Assembly: GCA_051657945.1 (NCBI GenBank)
Contig: JBOFLQ010000213.1
Location: forward strand, 1-40,000
Length of the DNA stretch: 40,000 nt
DNA from: Xenococcaceae cyanobacterium
GTDB lineage: Bacteria; Cyanobacteriota; Cyanobacteriia; Cyanobacteriales; Xenococcaceae
Direction: 5' to 3'
The position numbers and the translations under genes are program-made. Positions within the stretch are counted from its first letter, which is position 1. Every line of letters starts with the position of its first letter. The notes beneath the pieces were generated by a model, which searched no databases, was not told the DNA's origin, and was given only the letters and a program-made list of their open reading frames with translations. Shown here in pieces: positions 18,001 through 27,332 of this stretch.

Positions 18001-18022
18001 ATATCATTCATAAGAATGATAT
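18001..18022. promoter_or_regulatory. Perfect 9-4-9 palindrome, candidate operator
   Basis: 'atatcattc ataa gaatgatat' lies about 120 nt upstream of the hemerythrin-domain gene. The arms contain the AATGAT half-site found in Fur boxes, but in everted orientation. Confidence 0.3.
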
Positions 18023-18140
18023 TGATAAAGCTCAACCAAAAGGATGATGGAGCGAGACGATCGCTTGTGTCAACTTAGTAATTGGAAATTAAATACTTGA
18101 CCAACTCCACATTTACTGTGGAAATGAGGAGAATACTAAA

Positions 18141-19187
18141 ATGGTATCTATTACTGACGCAAAACGTACTGCAATTGCTCAAAAGCTTGCAGATATGAAA
18201 GCAATACAAAATTTAATTATTAGCAACGAAGAAATCTTACTTCAAGAATGCGAAGATAATGAAGTTCGCAAACGCCTTCAAGATTTCATCGAAGATGACA
18301 AAAAAAATCTAGGAATTATTGATACCGTTACAACTCAATACGGTATTCAAGCAGAACCAAAAGACACAGTTATCGAACTGATTGAAAAAACCAAACAAAT
18401 GATGGGCAGCGATAAGCTGACAACTTACGAAAAAGTTACTCAGCACGAACTACTCAAACACGGACAATTTATGTCTGGTATCGTCGTTCACAAAGCAGCC
18501 CAAATAGTCGGTGCAGACATCGAAGCCGCGATCGCGCCTTTAAATACAGTTAACTTCGAAAACCGCGCTCATCAAGAGCAACTCAAAAGCGCGATCGAAT
18601 TTTATGGCGTTCGCGAACTAACCGGTCAAGAACCAGATCAAGGTTTCTGGGGAAGAGTACAAGATGCAGTTGCTGCTGTAACTGGCGTAGTTGGTAGTGC
18701 TGTAACTCAGTCTTCCGACAAGTCTGACATGAACGTTCAAGACGTGATTCGCATGGATCACCAAAAGGTAAATGTCTTGTTTGCTGAAATTGAAGGCACT
18801 GACGATCCTCAAAAGATGCAAGAGTATTTCGGACAGCTTTATATGGATCTAAGCGTTCACTCCGAAGCTGAAGAACAAGTTGTTTATCCAAATGTACGTT
18901 CTTTCTACGGCGACGACAATACTCAAGAACTTTATGACGAGCAAGCTGAGTTTAAAGTTCTTCTTAGCGAACTTAAGTCTTTAAATCCTACTGCTCCTGA
19001 TTTTAAAGCGAAACTAGAACAGCTAAAAAATGGCGTAATGGATCACGTTCGTCAAGAAGAAAGCACCATGTTTGCTGCTATTCGCAACAACTGTTCTACC
19101 GAACAACAAGAGCAAATGGCAACACAATTTAAAGAAGCTAAAAAGCAGCTACAAACTCAAATGTCTAAAGAAACTGCTAACGCATAA
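18141..19187 (+). CDS. Ferritin-like (YciE-like) / hemerythrin HHE domain fusion protein
   Basis: The C-terminal half has H/E spacing typical of hemerythrin cation-binding domains ('DHQKV...HSEAEEQVVYP...DHVRQEE'). The N-terminal half is a helical, ferritin-like region. Assignment by recollection only. Confidence 0.65.
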   Translation: MVSITDAKRTAIAQKLADMKAIQNLIISNEEILLQECEDNEVRKRLQDFIEDDKKNLGIIDTVTTQYGIQAEPKDTVIELIEKTKQMMGSDKLTTYEKVTQHELLKHGQFMSGIVVHKAAQIVGADIEAAIAPLNTVNFENRAHQEQLKSAIEFYGVRELTGQEPDQGFWGRVQDAVAAVTGVVGSAVTQSSDKSDMNVQDVIRMDHQKVNVLFAEIEGTDDPQKMQEYFGQLYMDLSVHSEAEEQVVYPNVRSFYGDDNTQELYDEQAEFKVLLSELKSLNPTAPDFKAKLEQLKNGVMDHVRQEESTMFAAIRNNCSTEQQEQMATQFKEAKKQLQTQMSKETANA

Positions 19188-19290
19188 CCTTTAATTAATT
19201 GTTGTCTTAGCGCGGGTATCTTACCCGCGCCAATTCTGGAGAATTTTCCCATTTTCCAATCGAGAAAAAAGAGCTAAAAAAATTAAATCG

Positions 19291-19334
19291 GCGGGTAATG
19301 ATAAATCGATCGTTTTATCTACCCGTCTTTTTTC
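19291..19334 (+). terminator. Rho-independent terminator candidate
   Basis: Imperfect hairpin 'gcgggtaatgataaa...ttttatctacccgtc' followed by T6. A second perfect hairpin, gcgcgggta/tacccgcgc, lies at 19210-19230 but has no T-run. Confidence 0.5.
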
Positions 19335-19515
19335 AATGTCGCCCAGTCAGGAAAAAATCTCGTTGCAGACGCAAGTCCACGATACGAGATTAGTCAGGAG
19401 AAACCAATGTAAAAGAGACAAAATTGCCAAAAGTATGACTCAAAACAAGAAAGATATTAAAGAAGGATGAATTGCTAGTAGCTGTTTATAATTTATCCGT
19501 CCTCATTCATCTTTC

Positions 19516-19893
19516 CTACCGCGACTCAGTTCCTTGATTTGGTGCGCCTGGTTTGGTATCTTTTCCGGGAGCTTCTGGTTCGGCACCCGCTCTAGTATCT
19601 TGTCCTCCGGTTCTTTGCCCTGTCGTCCGTCCCATTGGGTCTAAAGTAGTTTGTTTGCCACCCGAACCAGTAACGGCTGCTTTTTCTCTGGGTGTTGTAG
19701 CTTTTTTAATTTCTTCTAATTCGTGGAGTGCAAAGTTGTTGGTATTTATACCAGTATAATTGATTTTGTTAAAGCGCACGATAACTGGATACAAAATACC
19801 GCTTTTATCTATAGTTGCGACCGTACCAGTATCTTGGTACCAGTAAGACTCTTTACGAAGAATTTTTACTACAGAACCACGTTCGATCGTCAT
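19516..19893 (-). CDS. psaE: Photosystem I subunit IV (PsaE) with a long C-terminal extension
   Basis: The N-terminal 65 aa '[58 protein letters not shown]' form the canonical PsaE SH3-like domain. About 60 further G/T/P/A/K-rich residues follow before the stop. Confidence 0.85.
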   Translation of the reverse strand: MTIERGSVVKILRKESYWYQDTGTVATIDKSGILYPVIVRFNKINYTGINTNNFALHELEEIKKATTPREKAAVTGSGGKQTTLDPMGRTTGQRTGGQDTRAGAEPEAPGKDTKPGAPNQGTESR

Positions 19894-21014
19894 AATTACC
19901 TTTATATTTCAAATGAGGTTTGATTGTTTTGACAAAAAGCAAGATCGATCGCCCTAAACTTCAAACACGCATTTTCATTTTATAAAGTTTTTGAGCAACA
20001 CAAGAAAACTATCAAACATTTCAACAATCCAGGAAATAGACCTTAAAATCTTTTAGTTCGGTTGCGCTCGTCTTGCTTATGAATAAACAGTTAAGCAGTT
20101 ATCTTTAAAAGCAAAATCTATCCTGAGAAGTATTTGTTTAGTGCTTAGGTAGAGTTAAGTCGAGTATTATTTTTTTAAGTAATACGAACGAACAAGTTTG
20201 ATAAAATCAGGTCTAAATATGATAGATTTAAAGGCTAAAGTATTATTTAACATCTCTAAAAAACTAGTTTGTTAAAGGGATGGGATCGCTACAAAATCGT
20301 TAACTTAACTAGTTTTTACACTTTTTTTGAGATATTTTAATCTCTTTTTAAAATTGGTGTTAAATTATGAGAGAAAGTAATTTAAAACAGACCTTCTAAC
20401 TCAAGCGTTATCGTTTATCTCTATAAAAAGGATGATTTTATCGCAACGAGTAGCCAATAAAATACGATTTAGTGGCAAAAAAAGTGTCTCAAGAGCAATG
20501 AAATCATGAACTATCGAGATTTACAACTAGCATTTAAGTTTGAACTTGAATCTACAGTTATTAAGCCAGATCGACAGGTCAATCATGGTTGTAATCTAAA
20601 GTGGAAGCCTGGGGACAACAAAGACGTTTTACTTGCCACAACAATTTTTCATAGAGGTATAAACCTAAGTTTTCAACCAACCGTATTAATTAGCTAACTT
20701 AATTCTGTTTGCAGCCAAAAGATTTTGGTATGGCTGTCTCCTGTTACTTAAATTGATTTGTACTACAAACTTCATAGCAGTAACAGAACTCCTTCTGTAA
20801 GATTGCAATTCGGTTTCTATGTTTTAAAAAACTAGAAATTTTTTCTGTGTTGGCAATTATTCAATTGTTCGGGTCGATCGCGACTTGAAAAACTTTAGTG
20901 TCTAGCCACAGCACTTTGCAAGTGTTATGGCGAACAGAAGCAAGCAGCAACGTTAAACGTTGGTTGAAATCGTATGTCATTACCTAATTTACTGTTGTAT
21001 TAAGGTCAAACAAA

Positions 21015-22250
21015 ATGAACCAAATTCAAGCAAAATTTGCAGCAACTGAAACAGCTTTTCATGTAGAAGGTTACGAAAAGATCGAATTCGATCTTGTCTA
21101 TGTCAATGGAGTCTTCGATATTAAAAACACCGAACTTGCCGACAGCTATCAAAAGTTGGGACGCTGTTTGATGGTAATCGATGCCAATGTCTACGAACTT
21201 TACCAAGAACAGATCGAGGCTTACTTTGACTATTACAACATCGACTTAACAGTCTTCCCGATCATCATTACCGAACCAGAAAAAAGTCTGCGTAGCATGG
21301 AAAAAATTATCGATGCTTTCGCTGATTTCGGTTTGGTACGCAAAGAACCAGTTTTGGTTGTCGGTGGCGGTTTAATTACCGATGTTACCGGATTTGCTTG
21401 CTCTACTTATCGTCGCAGTAGTAATTACATCCGTATTCCCACTACCTTGATCGGTTTGATTGATGCTAGCGTTGCCATTAAAGTTGCCGTCAATCACAAA
21501 AAACTGAAAAACCGTCTCGGTGCTTACCATGCCTCCAAGAAAGTCATTCTCGACTTTTCGTTCTTGCGAACCTTGCCTACCGCTCAAGTTCGCAACGGCA
21601 TGGCAGAATTAATTAAAATTGCCGTAGTTTCTCAAGCAGAAGTCTTTGACTTGTTAGACAAATACGGAAAAGATTTACTTGAAACTCACTTTGGCAACAT
21701 TAACGGCACGCCAGAGTTAAAAGAAGTAGCTCATAAAGTTACCTATGAGTCGATTAAAAAAATGCTGGAGTTGGAAGTTCCCAACCTGCACGAACTCGAC
21801 CTCGATCGCGTCATTGCCTACGGTCATAGTTGGAGTCCTACCCTAGAACTAGCACCTCGCGCACCAATCTATCACGGACATGCGGTTAATATCGACATGG
21901 CTTTTTCGGCAACGATCGCAGCGCGACGTGGATACATTACCACTGAAGATCGCGATCGCATCCTCGGATTAATGAGCCGTATTGGTTTGACTTTAGATCA
22001 CCCTCTTTTTGAAGACGAACTAGTGTGGAAAGCTACAAAGTCTATTAGTTTGACCAGAGATGGCAAACAAAGAGCGGCAATGCCAAGACCGATCGGATCT
22101 TGCTGTTTTGTTAATGACTTTACCCGTGAAGAATTAGAAGAAGCTCTCATCGAACACAAGCAACTCTGTCAAGCTTATCCCCGTGGTGGCGATGGCATTG
22201 AAGCTTACATGAGCGCCGAACAGCTCGAATCAGAACTAATCGGCGTTTAA
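21015..22250 (+). CDS. mysA: Demethyl-4-deoxygadusol synthase (sugar-phosphate cyclase, MAA pathway)
   Basis: Near-collinear with my recollection of Anabaena Ava_3858 ('QAKF...[13 protein letters not shown].DLVYV', '[34 protein letters not shown]', '[15 protein letters not shown]'). Confidence 0.9.
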   Translation: MNQIQAKFAATETAFHVEGYEKIEFDLVYVNGVFDIKNTELADSYQKLGRCLMVIDANVYELYQEQIEAYFDYYNIDLTVFPIIITEPEKSLRSMEKIIDAFADFGLVRKEPVLVVGGGLITDVTGFACSTYRRSSNYIRIPTTLIGLIDASVAIKVAVNHKKLKNRLGAYHASKKVILDFSFLRTLPTAQVRNGMAELIKIAVVSQAEVFDLLDKYGKDLLETHFGNINGTPELKEVAHKVTYESIKKMLELEVPNLHELDLDRVIAYGHSWSPTLELAPRAPIYHGHAVNIDMAFSATIAARRGYITTEDRDRILGLMSRIGLTLDHPLFEDELVWKATKSISLTRDGKQRAAMPRPIGSCCFVNDFTREELEEALIEHKQLCQAYPRGGDGIEAYMSAEQLESELIGV

Positions 22251-22253
22251 AAT

Positions 22254-22282
22254 GTAGGGGCATGGCACTGTCATGCCCCTAC
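22254..22282 (+). other. Intra-operon hairpin (GTAG...CTAC family) between mysA and mysB
   Basis: 11-bp perfect stem gtaggggcatg/catgcccctac with a 7-nt loop, starting 4 nt after the mysA stop. There is no U-tract. Confidence 0.6.
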
Positions 22283-22328
22283 GAGGAATCGATTTGTAGT
22301 AAATATATAGGAGAAATGGTATAAGACT

Positions 22329-23159
22329 ATGTCTGTTGTTACTAATAAAAAAACAGCTCGACCAATAACGCCGTTAGGTATTCTTGCCGATCGCCTGCAA
22401 CAAACTCTTAAGTTAGCTGAATTGGAAGACATTTCAGTCGAGCTTAAGACATCTTTGCAACAAGCATATAATTTGGCAGCAGGTTTAGATCCCTACATAG
22501 AAGAATGTACGACTTCAGAGTCAGAAGCGCTCAAAAATTTAGCGCAAAAAACAAAAGAAGAAGACTGGAGTAAGCGTTTTAGCGACGGAGAAACGGTACG
22601 TCAGTTAGAACAAGAGATGTTATCAGGACACATCGAAGGACAAACACTAAAAATATTTGTTTCAATGATGGGTGCCAAACGCATTTTAGAAATTGGTATG
22701 TTTACTGGATATTCGGCGCTAGCGATGGCAGAAGCATTACCAGATGATGGTTGTTTGCTTGCCTGTGAAGTAGATGAATATGTAGCAGACTTTGCGAAAA
22801 AGTGCTTCGAGCGATCTCCTCATGGTAAAAAAATTGGTGTAAAAGTAGCACCTGCTTTGCAAACATTAAACGAATTAGCAGATGCAGGAGAAGTTTTTGA
22901 CTTAGTATTCATCGATGCCGATAAAAAAGAATATGTTGACTATTTCAACATTTTGCTCGATCGCCAATTATTAGCTACTAATGGTCTAATTTGCGTAGAC
23001 AATACTTTATATCAAGGTACTGTTTATCTATCAGAAGATCGACACATCCCCAATACTAAGGCGATCGACAATTTTAACCGCACCGTCGCCCAAGACGATC
23101 GCGTCGAACAAGTACTTTTACCCCTGCGAGATGGTTTGACCATTATTAGAAAGGTTTGA
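22329..23159 (+). CDS. mysB: SAM-dependent O-methyltransferase of the MAA pathway (4-deoxygadusol forming)
   Basis: Class I caffeoyl-CoA-OMT-like sequence ('ILEIGMFTGYSALAMAEAL', 'DLVFIDADKKEY'), positioned between mysA and mysC. Confidence 0.88.
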   Translation: MSVVTNKKTARPITPLGILADRLQQTLKLAELEDISVELKTSLQQAYNLAAGLDPYIEECTTSESEALKNLAQKTKEEDWSKRFSDGETVRQLEQEMLSGHIEGQTLKIFVSMMGAKRILEIGMFTGYSALAMAEALPDDGCLLACEVDEYVADFAKKCFERSPHGKKIGVKVAPALQTLNELADAGEVFDLVFIDADKKEYVDYFNILLDRQLLATNGLICVDNTLYQGTVYLSEDRHIPNTKAIDNFNRTVAQDDRVEQVLLPLRDGLTIIRKV

Positions 23160-23160
23160 G

Positions 23161-23284
23161 GTTCATTGTTCATTGTTCATTGTTCGTTGCTACTTGCTAC
23201 TTTCCAAAGCAAACCCTAACCCCTAATCCCTACTCCCTAATCCCTAATCCCTAATCCCTAACCCCTGCTCCCTATTCCCTATTC
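23161..23284. repeat. STRR composite repeat filling the mysB-mysC spacer
   Basis: (gttcatt)x3-4, (gctactt)x2, then about 10 copies of ccctaaY/ccctaYt heptamers that end 2 nt before the mysC ATG. Confidence 0.9.
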
Positions 23285-23286
23285 TT

Positions 23287-24645
23287 ATGTCCCAAATATT
23301 ATTTGTTCGAGGACAAAGTTCTGCTTTACTGCAAAACCTTGGTACGCTTGCTTTGTTGCTAATTCTTTTACCATTTAACCTGGTTGTAGTAGCAGTAGCA
23401 TCGATCGGAAATTTAATTGGTGGAGACGTTTCATCAAAAATCTCTACATCCAAAAATACTAAACGAATCTTGCTGACTGGAGGCAAGATGACTAAAGCTT
23501 TGCAATTGGCGCGATCGTTTCATGCAGCAGGACACGAAGTCTTTTTGGTAGAATCTCATAAATACTGGCTTTCGGGTCATCGTTTTTCTCGTGCTGTCAG
23601 CGGTTTTTATACCATAGCCGCACCAGAAAAAGATCCAGAAGCTTATTGTCAGGGATTATTAGATCTTGTCAAACAAAAAAATATAGATGTATTTATTCCC
23701 GTTTCGAGTCCAGTTGCCAGTTACTATGATTCTTTAGCCAAATCTCGGTTATCGCCTTACTGTGAAGTCGTGCATTTCGATGCTGAGGTTACCGAGATGT
23801 TAGATAACAAGTTTGCCTTTTGTGAAAAAGCGCGATCGCTAGGACTATCAGCACCGAAAGTTTTTTGTATTACCAATCCCCAACAAATTCTCGACTTCGA
23901 TTTCAAGGACGATGGCAGTCGCTATCTTCTTAAAAGCATTCCCTATGACTCGGTGCGTCGTTTGGATTTGACTAAGTTACCTTTTGAAGGAATGGAAGAA
24001 TATGTCAAAACTCTTCCCATCAGCGAAGCTAAACCCTGGGTAATGCAAGAATTTATTAAAGGACAAGAATATTGCACTCACAGCACCGTCCGCAATGGAA
24101 TAATTAAATTGCATTGCTGTTCTAAATCTTCACCCTTTCAAGTTAACTACGAACATGTCGATAACCCACAAATTTACAAATGGGTAAAACATTTTGTCAA
24201 AGAATTAAATCTGACAGGACAAGTATCCTTTGACTTTATTCAAACAGAAGATGGAAATGTTTATCCGATCGAATGTAATCCTCGCATTCATTCGGCAATT
24301 ACCATGTTTTACAATCATCCAGGAGTAGCGGATGCATATTTAAACGATGCTGAAAATGAAGACGAAGTCGCGATGCAACCTCTACTTGAAAGTAAACCGA
24401 CTTACTGGTTGTATCACGAACTATGGCGCTTAACTAGCGTGCGATCGCTCTCACAATTACAAGCATGGTTTGAGAAGATTAGCAGAGGTACGGACGCAAT
24501 TTTTTGTTTTGACGATCCTCTTCCATTTTTAACAGTTCATCATTGGCAAATTCCGCTGTTACTTCTGGACAATCTACGCCGACTTCAAGGTTGGATTCGG
24601 ATTGATTTTAACATCGGTAAATTGGTTGAATTGGGTGGCGATTAG
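23287..24645 (+). CDS. mysC: ATP-grasp ligase of the MAA pathway (mycosporine-glycine forming)
   Basis: Strongly resembles my recollection of Ava_3856 ('GGKMTKALQLARSFHAAGH', 'LKSIPYDSVRRLDLTKLP', 'IECNPR.HSAIT', C-terminal 'IDFNIGKLVELGGD'), including the hydrophobic N-terminal leader. Confidence 0.9.
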   Translation: MSQILFVRGQSSALLQNLGTLALLLILLPFNLVVVAVASIGNLIGGDVSSKISTSKNTKRILLTGGKMTKALQLARSFHAAGHEVFLVESHKYWLSGHRFSRAVSGFYTIAAPEKDPEAYCQGLLDLVKQKNIDVFIPVSSPVASYYDSLAKSRLSPYCEVVHFDAEVTEMLDNKFAFCEKARSLGLSAPKVFCITNPQQILDFDFKDDGSRYLLKSIPYDSVRRLDLTKLPFEGMEEYVKTLPISEAKPWVMQEFIKGQEYCTHSTVRNGIIKLHCCSKSSPFQVNYEHVDNPQIYKWVKHFVKELNLTGQVSFDFIQTEDGNVYPIECNPRIHSAITMFYNHPGVADAYLNDAENEDEVAMQPLLESKPTYWLYHELWRLTSVRSLSQLQAWFEKISRGTDAIFCFDDPLPFLTVHHWQIPLLLLDNLRRLQGWIRIDFNIGKLVELGGD

Positions 24646-24725
24646 GTTGTGTCATCTAAAAATTGCGATCGAAGAGATTTTGTTATTAGACTTTTTGCAA
24701 AAATGATGATTTTTTAAAAAGAGTC

Positions 24726-24752
24726 CACAGATGAACACAGATGAACACAGAT
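24726..24752. repeat. 10-mer tandem repeat in the loop of a hairpin
   Basis: About 2.7 copies of (cacagatgaa), flanked by the arms agtccacagat (24722-24732) and atctgatggact (24762-24773). Confidence 0.6.
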
Positions 24753-24833
24753 AAAACTTAGATCTGATGGACTTATGCAATTGGTCTATTTTTCGATCGA
24801 GTCTCTTCGATCGACAAAAACATCGGTGTTAAA

Positions 24834-25238
24834 TTAATTTTGAATTTCGACAACATATAATTCTCCCCATTCTTGGTTGTCAATGGAAATACTTTGAAAC
24901 CGAACTTTTCCTTCGATCGCAATTTCTTTTCCAACAGCAGGAAGTTTGGTTGTCGTCGTCACCCAAATTTTACCGCTACTATCTTCTAGCTGATAAGCAC
25001 CGCCATTTAAAAAAGGAACTCGACTAATTACTTTTCCTTGCAAACGCACGGTAGAATCTAGATGACCAGATGATTTTAAATTACTTATTTGAGTAGATGA
25101 AAAATTGGGCGCGATCGACGACCAATTCAAATTAGCTAGTTGGCTGCAACCAAGCAGATTGAACGAAACAATTAACAATATACTCAGGTGGAATAGTCTA
25201 ACATTAAAAGACGTAAGAGGTGCAGCTAGCAGCGACAT
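24834..25238 (-). CDS. Small lipoprotein with a probable OB-fold (BOF-like) domain
   Basis: Signal peptide with lipobox 'LLGCS'. The C-terminal 'VRLQGKVISR...YQLEDSSGKIWVTT...IEGKV' is reminiscent of bacterial OB-fold proteins. Assignment is tentative. Confidence 0.55.
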   Translation of the reverse strand: MSLLAAPLTSFNVRLFHLSILLIVSFNLLGCSQLANLNWSSIAPNFSSTQISNLKSSGHLDSTVRLQGKVISRVPFLNGGAYQLEDSSGKIWVTTTTKLPAVGKEIAIEGKVRFQSISIDNQEWGELYVVEIQN

Positions 25239-25312
25239 GTAAAACTATCCCAAATATACTTGCTTAGCAGTTATAGCTTAACCTCGGCTACACTATTTTG
25301 GCTTGTCTTGAA

Positions 25313-26194
25313 ATGCCCGTACAAACAGCTCAAATTTTAGACGGAAAAAAATTAGCGCAAAAGATTCAACAAGAATTAAAACAGCGCATTCAAAACTTGC
25401 AACCCAAAATCGGACGACCCCCAGGATTGGCAGTTTTAATGGTGGGTGACAACCCTGCTAGCGCTGTTTACGTACGCAACAAAGAATTAGCTTGTCAAAA
25501 AATTGGCATGACTTCTTTTGGAAAACATTTTCCCGCCTCAACTTCTCAACAAGAATTAGAAACAGAAATAGAACAACTCAATCAAGACGATCGAGTAGAC
25601 GGAATTCTCGTTCAATTACCTTTACCCGAACATTTAGATGCGATCGCGCTATTGCACAAAATTACTGCCGATAAAGATGCTGACGGACTTCATCCAGTCA
25701 ATCTAGGCAAATTAGTACGTTCCGAATCTGGTTTGCGTAGTTGTACCCCCGCTGGCGTAATGCGTCTTCTTGAAGAATATAAAATTGAATTGCAAGGCAA
25801 ACAAGCAGTTGTCTTGGGACGTAGTATTTTAGTTGGTAAACCCCAAGCGCTAATGTTGTTGGAAAAAGATGCCACCGTCACGATCGCCCATTCTCGAACA
25901 CAAGATTTAGCTAGCATTACTCGTAGTGCAGACATTCTCGTCGCCGCAGTTGGTAAACCAGAAATTGTTACCGCCGATCTGGTTAAACCTGGTGCAGTTA
26001 TCATTGACGTAGGAATTAATCGCGTCGAAACTGCCGACGGAAAATCTCGCTTAGTTGGAGATGTCAACTTTAATTCCGTTGCCGAAGTAGCCAGTTACAT
26101 TACCCCCGTTCCCGGTGGCATCGGTCCGATGACAGTAGCTATGTTATTACAAAATACCGTAGACAGCTATTTAAAAAAGGAATCACAAGAGTAA
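25313..26194 (+). CDS. folD: Bifunctional methylenetetrahydrofolate dehydrogenase/cyclohydrolase
   Basis: '[11 protein letters not shown]', 'GILVQLPLP' and '[15 protein letters not shown]'. The ATG at 25313 is preferred over the TTG at 25298. Confidence 0.92.
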   Translation: MPVQTAQILDGKKLAQKIQQELKQRIQNLQPKIGRPPGLAVLMVGDNPASAVYVRNKELACQKIGMTSFGKHFPASTSQQELETEIEQLNQDDRVDGILVQLPLPEHLDAIALLHKITADKDADGLHPVNLGKLVRSESGLRSCTPAGVMRLLEEYKIELQGKQAVVLGRSILVGKPQALMLLEKDATVTIAHSRTQDLASITRSADILVAAVGKPEIVTADLVKPGAVIIDVGINRVETADGKSRLVGDVNFNSVAEVASYITPVPGGIGPMTVAMLLQNTVDSYLKKESQE

Positions 26195-26209
26195 GCTTGT
26201 GAGCAACTC

Positions 26210-26620
26210 CTACTCCCCTAATTGATATCGAATCAATTGCCTAACTTGTTCGATCGATAGATTTAGTTTTTGAGCGATCGCTGTTTCTAGGCGATCGAAT
26301 TGGGTGGTTGGTAATTCAAATTCTTGTTTTTGAAAGACGCTAGTAGCTTGTTTAACTCTAACTCGGGAAGAATTGGAGGCGCGATCGACTGTTACTTTAA
26401 TTGAAAAAATTCTCTCTGAAGTAGGTTGTTCGTTTTGGGTAATTTGTAATTGGCGATCGCTAAATTTAGCAAAGTATAAATCGCGATCGGCAACAAGTTT
26501 AATTACCAGCCAGAAACTCAGTCCGACAAGAGGTAAAGGCAACCAAAATTCTAATCCTAAAGAACTTAAAAAGCGAAGCCATCGAAATCTGTGCATGCAA
26601 TCGAGTAAAATTATTTCCAA
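26210..26620 (-). CDS. Hypothetical membrane-anchored protein
   Basis: 136-aa ORF with one hydrophobic segment ('LEFWLPLPLVGLSFWLVIKLV'), divergent from the response regulator gene. Start is uncertain. Confidence 0.5.
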   Translation of the reverse strand: MEIILLDCMHRFRWLRFLSSLGLEFWLPLPLVGLSFWLVIKLVADRDLYFAKFSDRQLQITQNEQPTSERIFSIKVTVDRASNSSRVRVKQATSVFQKQEFELPTTQFDRLETAIAQKLNLSIEQVRQLIRYQLGE

Positions 26621-26658
26621 TACTGGGTCTGATAATTGTCAATGTAAATTCTTAACCC

Positions 26659-27330
26659 ATGCTTATTTTACTTGTAGAAGACGATTTAGCTCAGTTAGAA
26701 CCTTTACAAGCAGCTTTGTCTCAAGTAGGTCATATTGTCGATGCGATCGCGGATAGTGAGGTAGCACAGTGGTTAATCGATGACAAAGAATACGATCTAT
26801 TAATTTTAGATTGGATGTTACCAAAAATTACTGGAATCGAACTTTGTCGCCAGTATCGCAAGCGTGGCAAAACATCGCCAGTATTGATGCTTACGGCAAA
26901 AGATACCACTGCTGACAAAGTAAGCGGTTTGGATGCTGGCGCAGATGACTATTTAGTTAAACCCATAGACGTTCTCGAATTACTAGCTAGAGTAAGAGCA
27001 TTATCGAGGCGATCGCCATTGTGGCAGGGAGAAATTCTTAACGCCGCCGATCTACAATTAGATTTAACCAGTTTTACGATCGCTAGAGGCAAAGAAACGA
27101 TTCAACTATCGGTGCGCGAATTTCAATTGATGGAATATCTCATGCGTCATCCCAATCAAATTTTATCTCGCGACCAAATTGAAAGAGCGCTTTGGAGTTG
27201 GGGAAGTGAACCAGAAAGCAACGCCGTAACCACTCTAGTTAGAAGGTTACGTCAGCGCTTGGAATCAGTCAATGCTAAAGATTGGCTAGAAACAGTTTAC
27301 GGTATGGGTTATCGTCTGAATACATATTAG
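26659..27330 (+). CDS. OmpR-family response regulator
   Basis: 'MLILLVEDD', 'YDLLILDWMLPKITG', 'ADDYLVKP' and the winged-helix end 'VYGMGYRL'. Confidence 0.92.
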   Translation: MLILLVEDDLAQLEPLQAALSQVGHIVDAIADSEVAQWLIDDKEYDLLILDWMLPKITGIELCRQYRKRGKTSPVLMLTAKDTTADKVSGLDAGADDYLVKPIDVLELLARVRALSRRSPLWQGEILNAADLQLDLTSFTIARGKETIQLSVREFQLMEYLMRHPNQILSRDQIERALWSWGSEPESNAVTTLVRRLRQRLESVNAKDWLETVYGMGYRLNTY

Positions 27331-27332
27331 AA

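Noticed and set aside
20506-20697. 63-aa ORF in the psaE-mysA spacer
   Set aside because: It lies in AT-rich sequence and has no recognisable family or ribosome-binding context. It is probably a chance ORF, and I left it unannotated.
26373-26756. 127-aa ORF spanning the divergent promoter region and the start of the response regulator
   Set aside because: It overlaps two better-supported genes, one antisense and one out of frame, and is Ser/Arg/Cys-rich.
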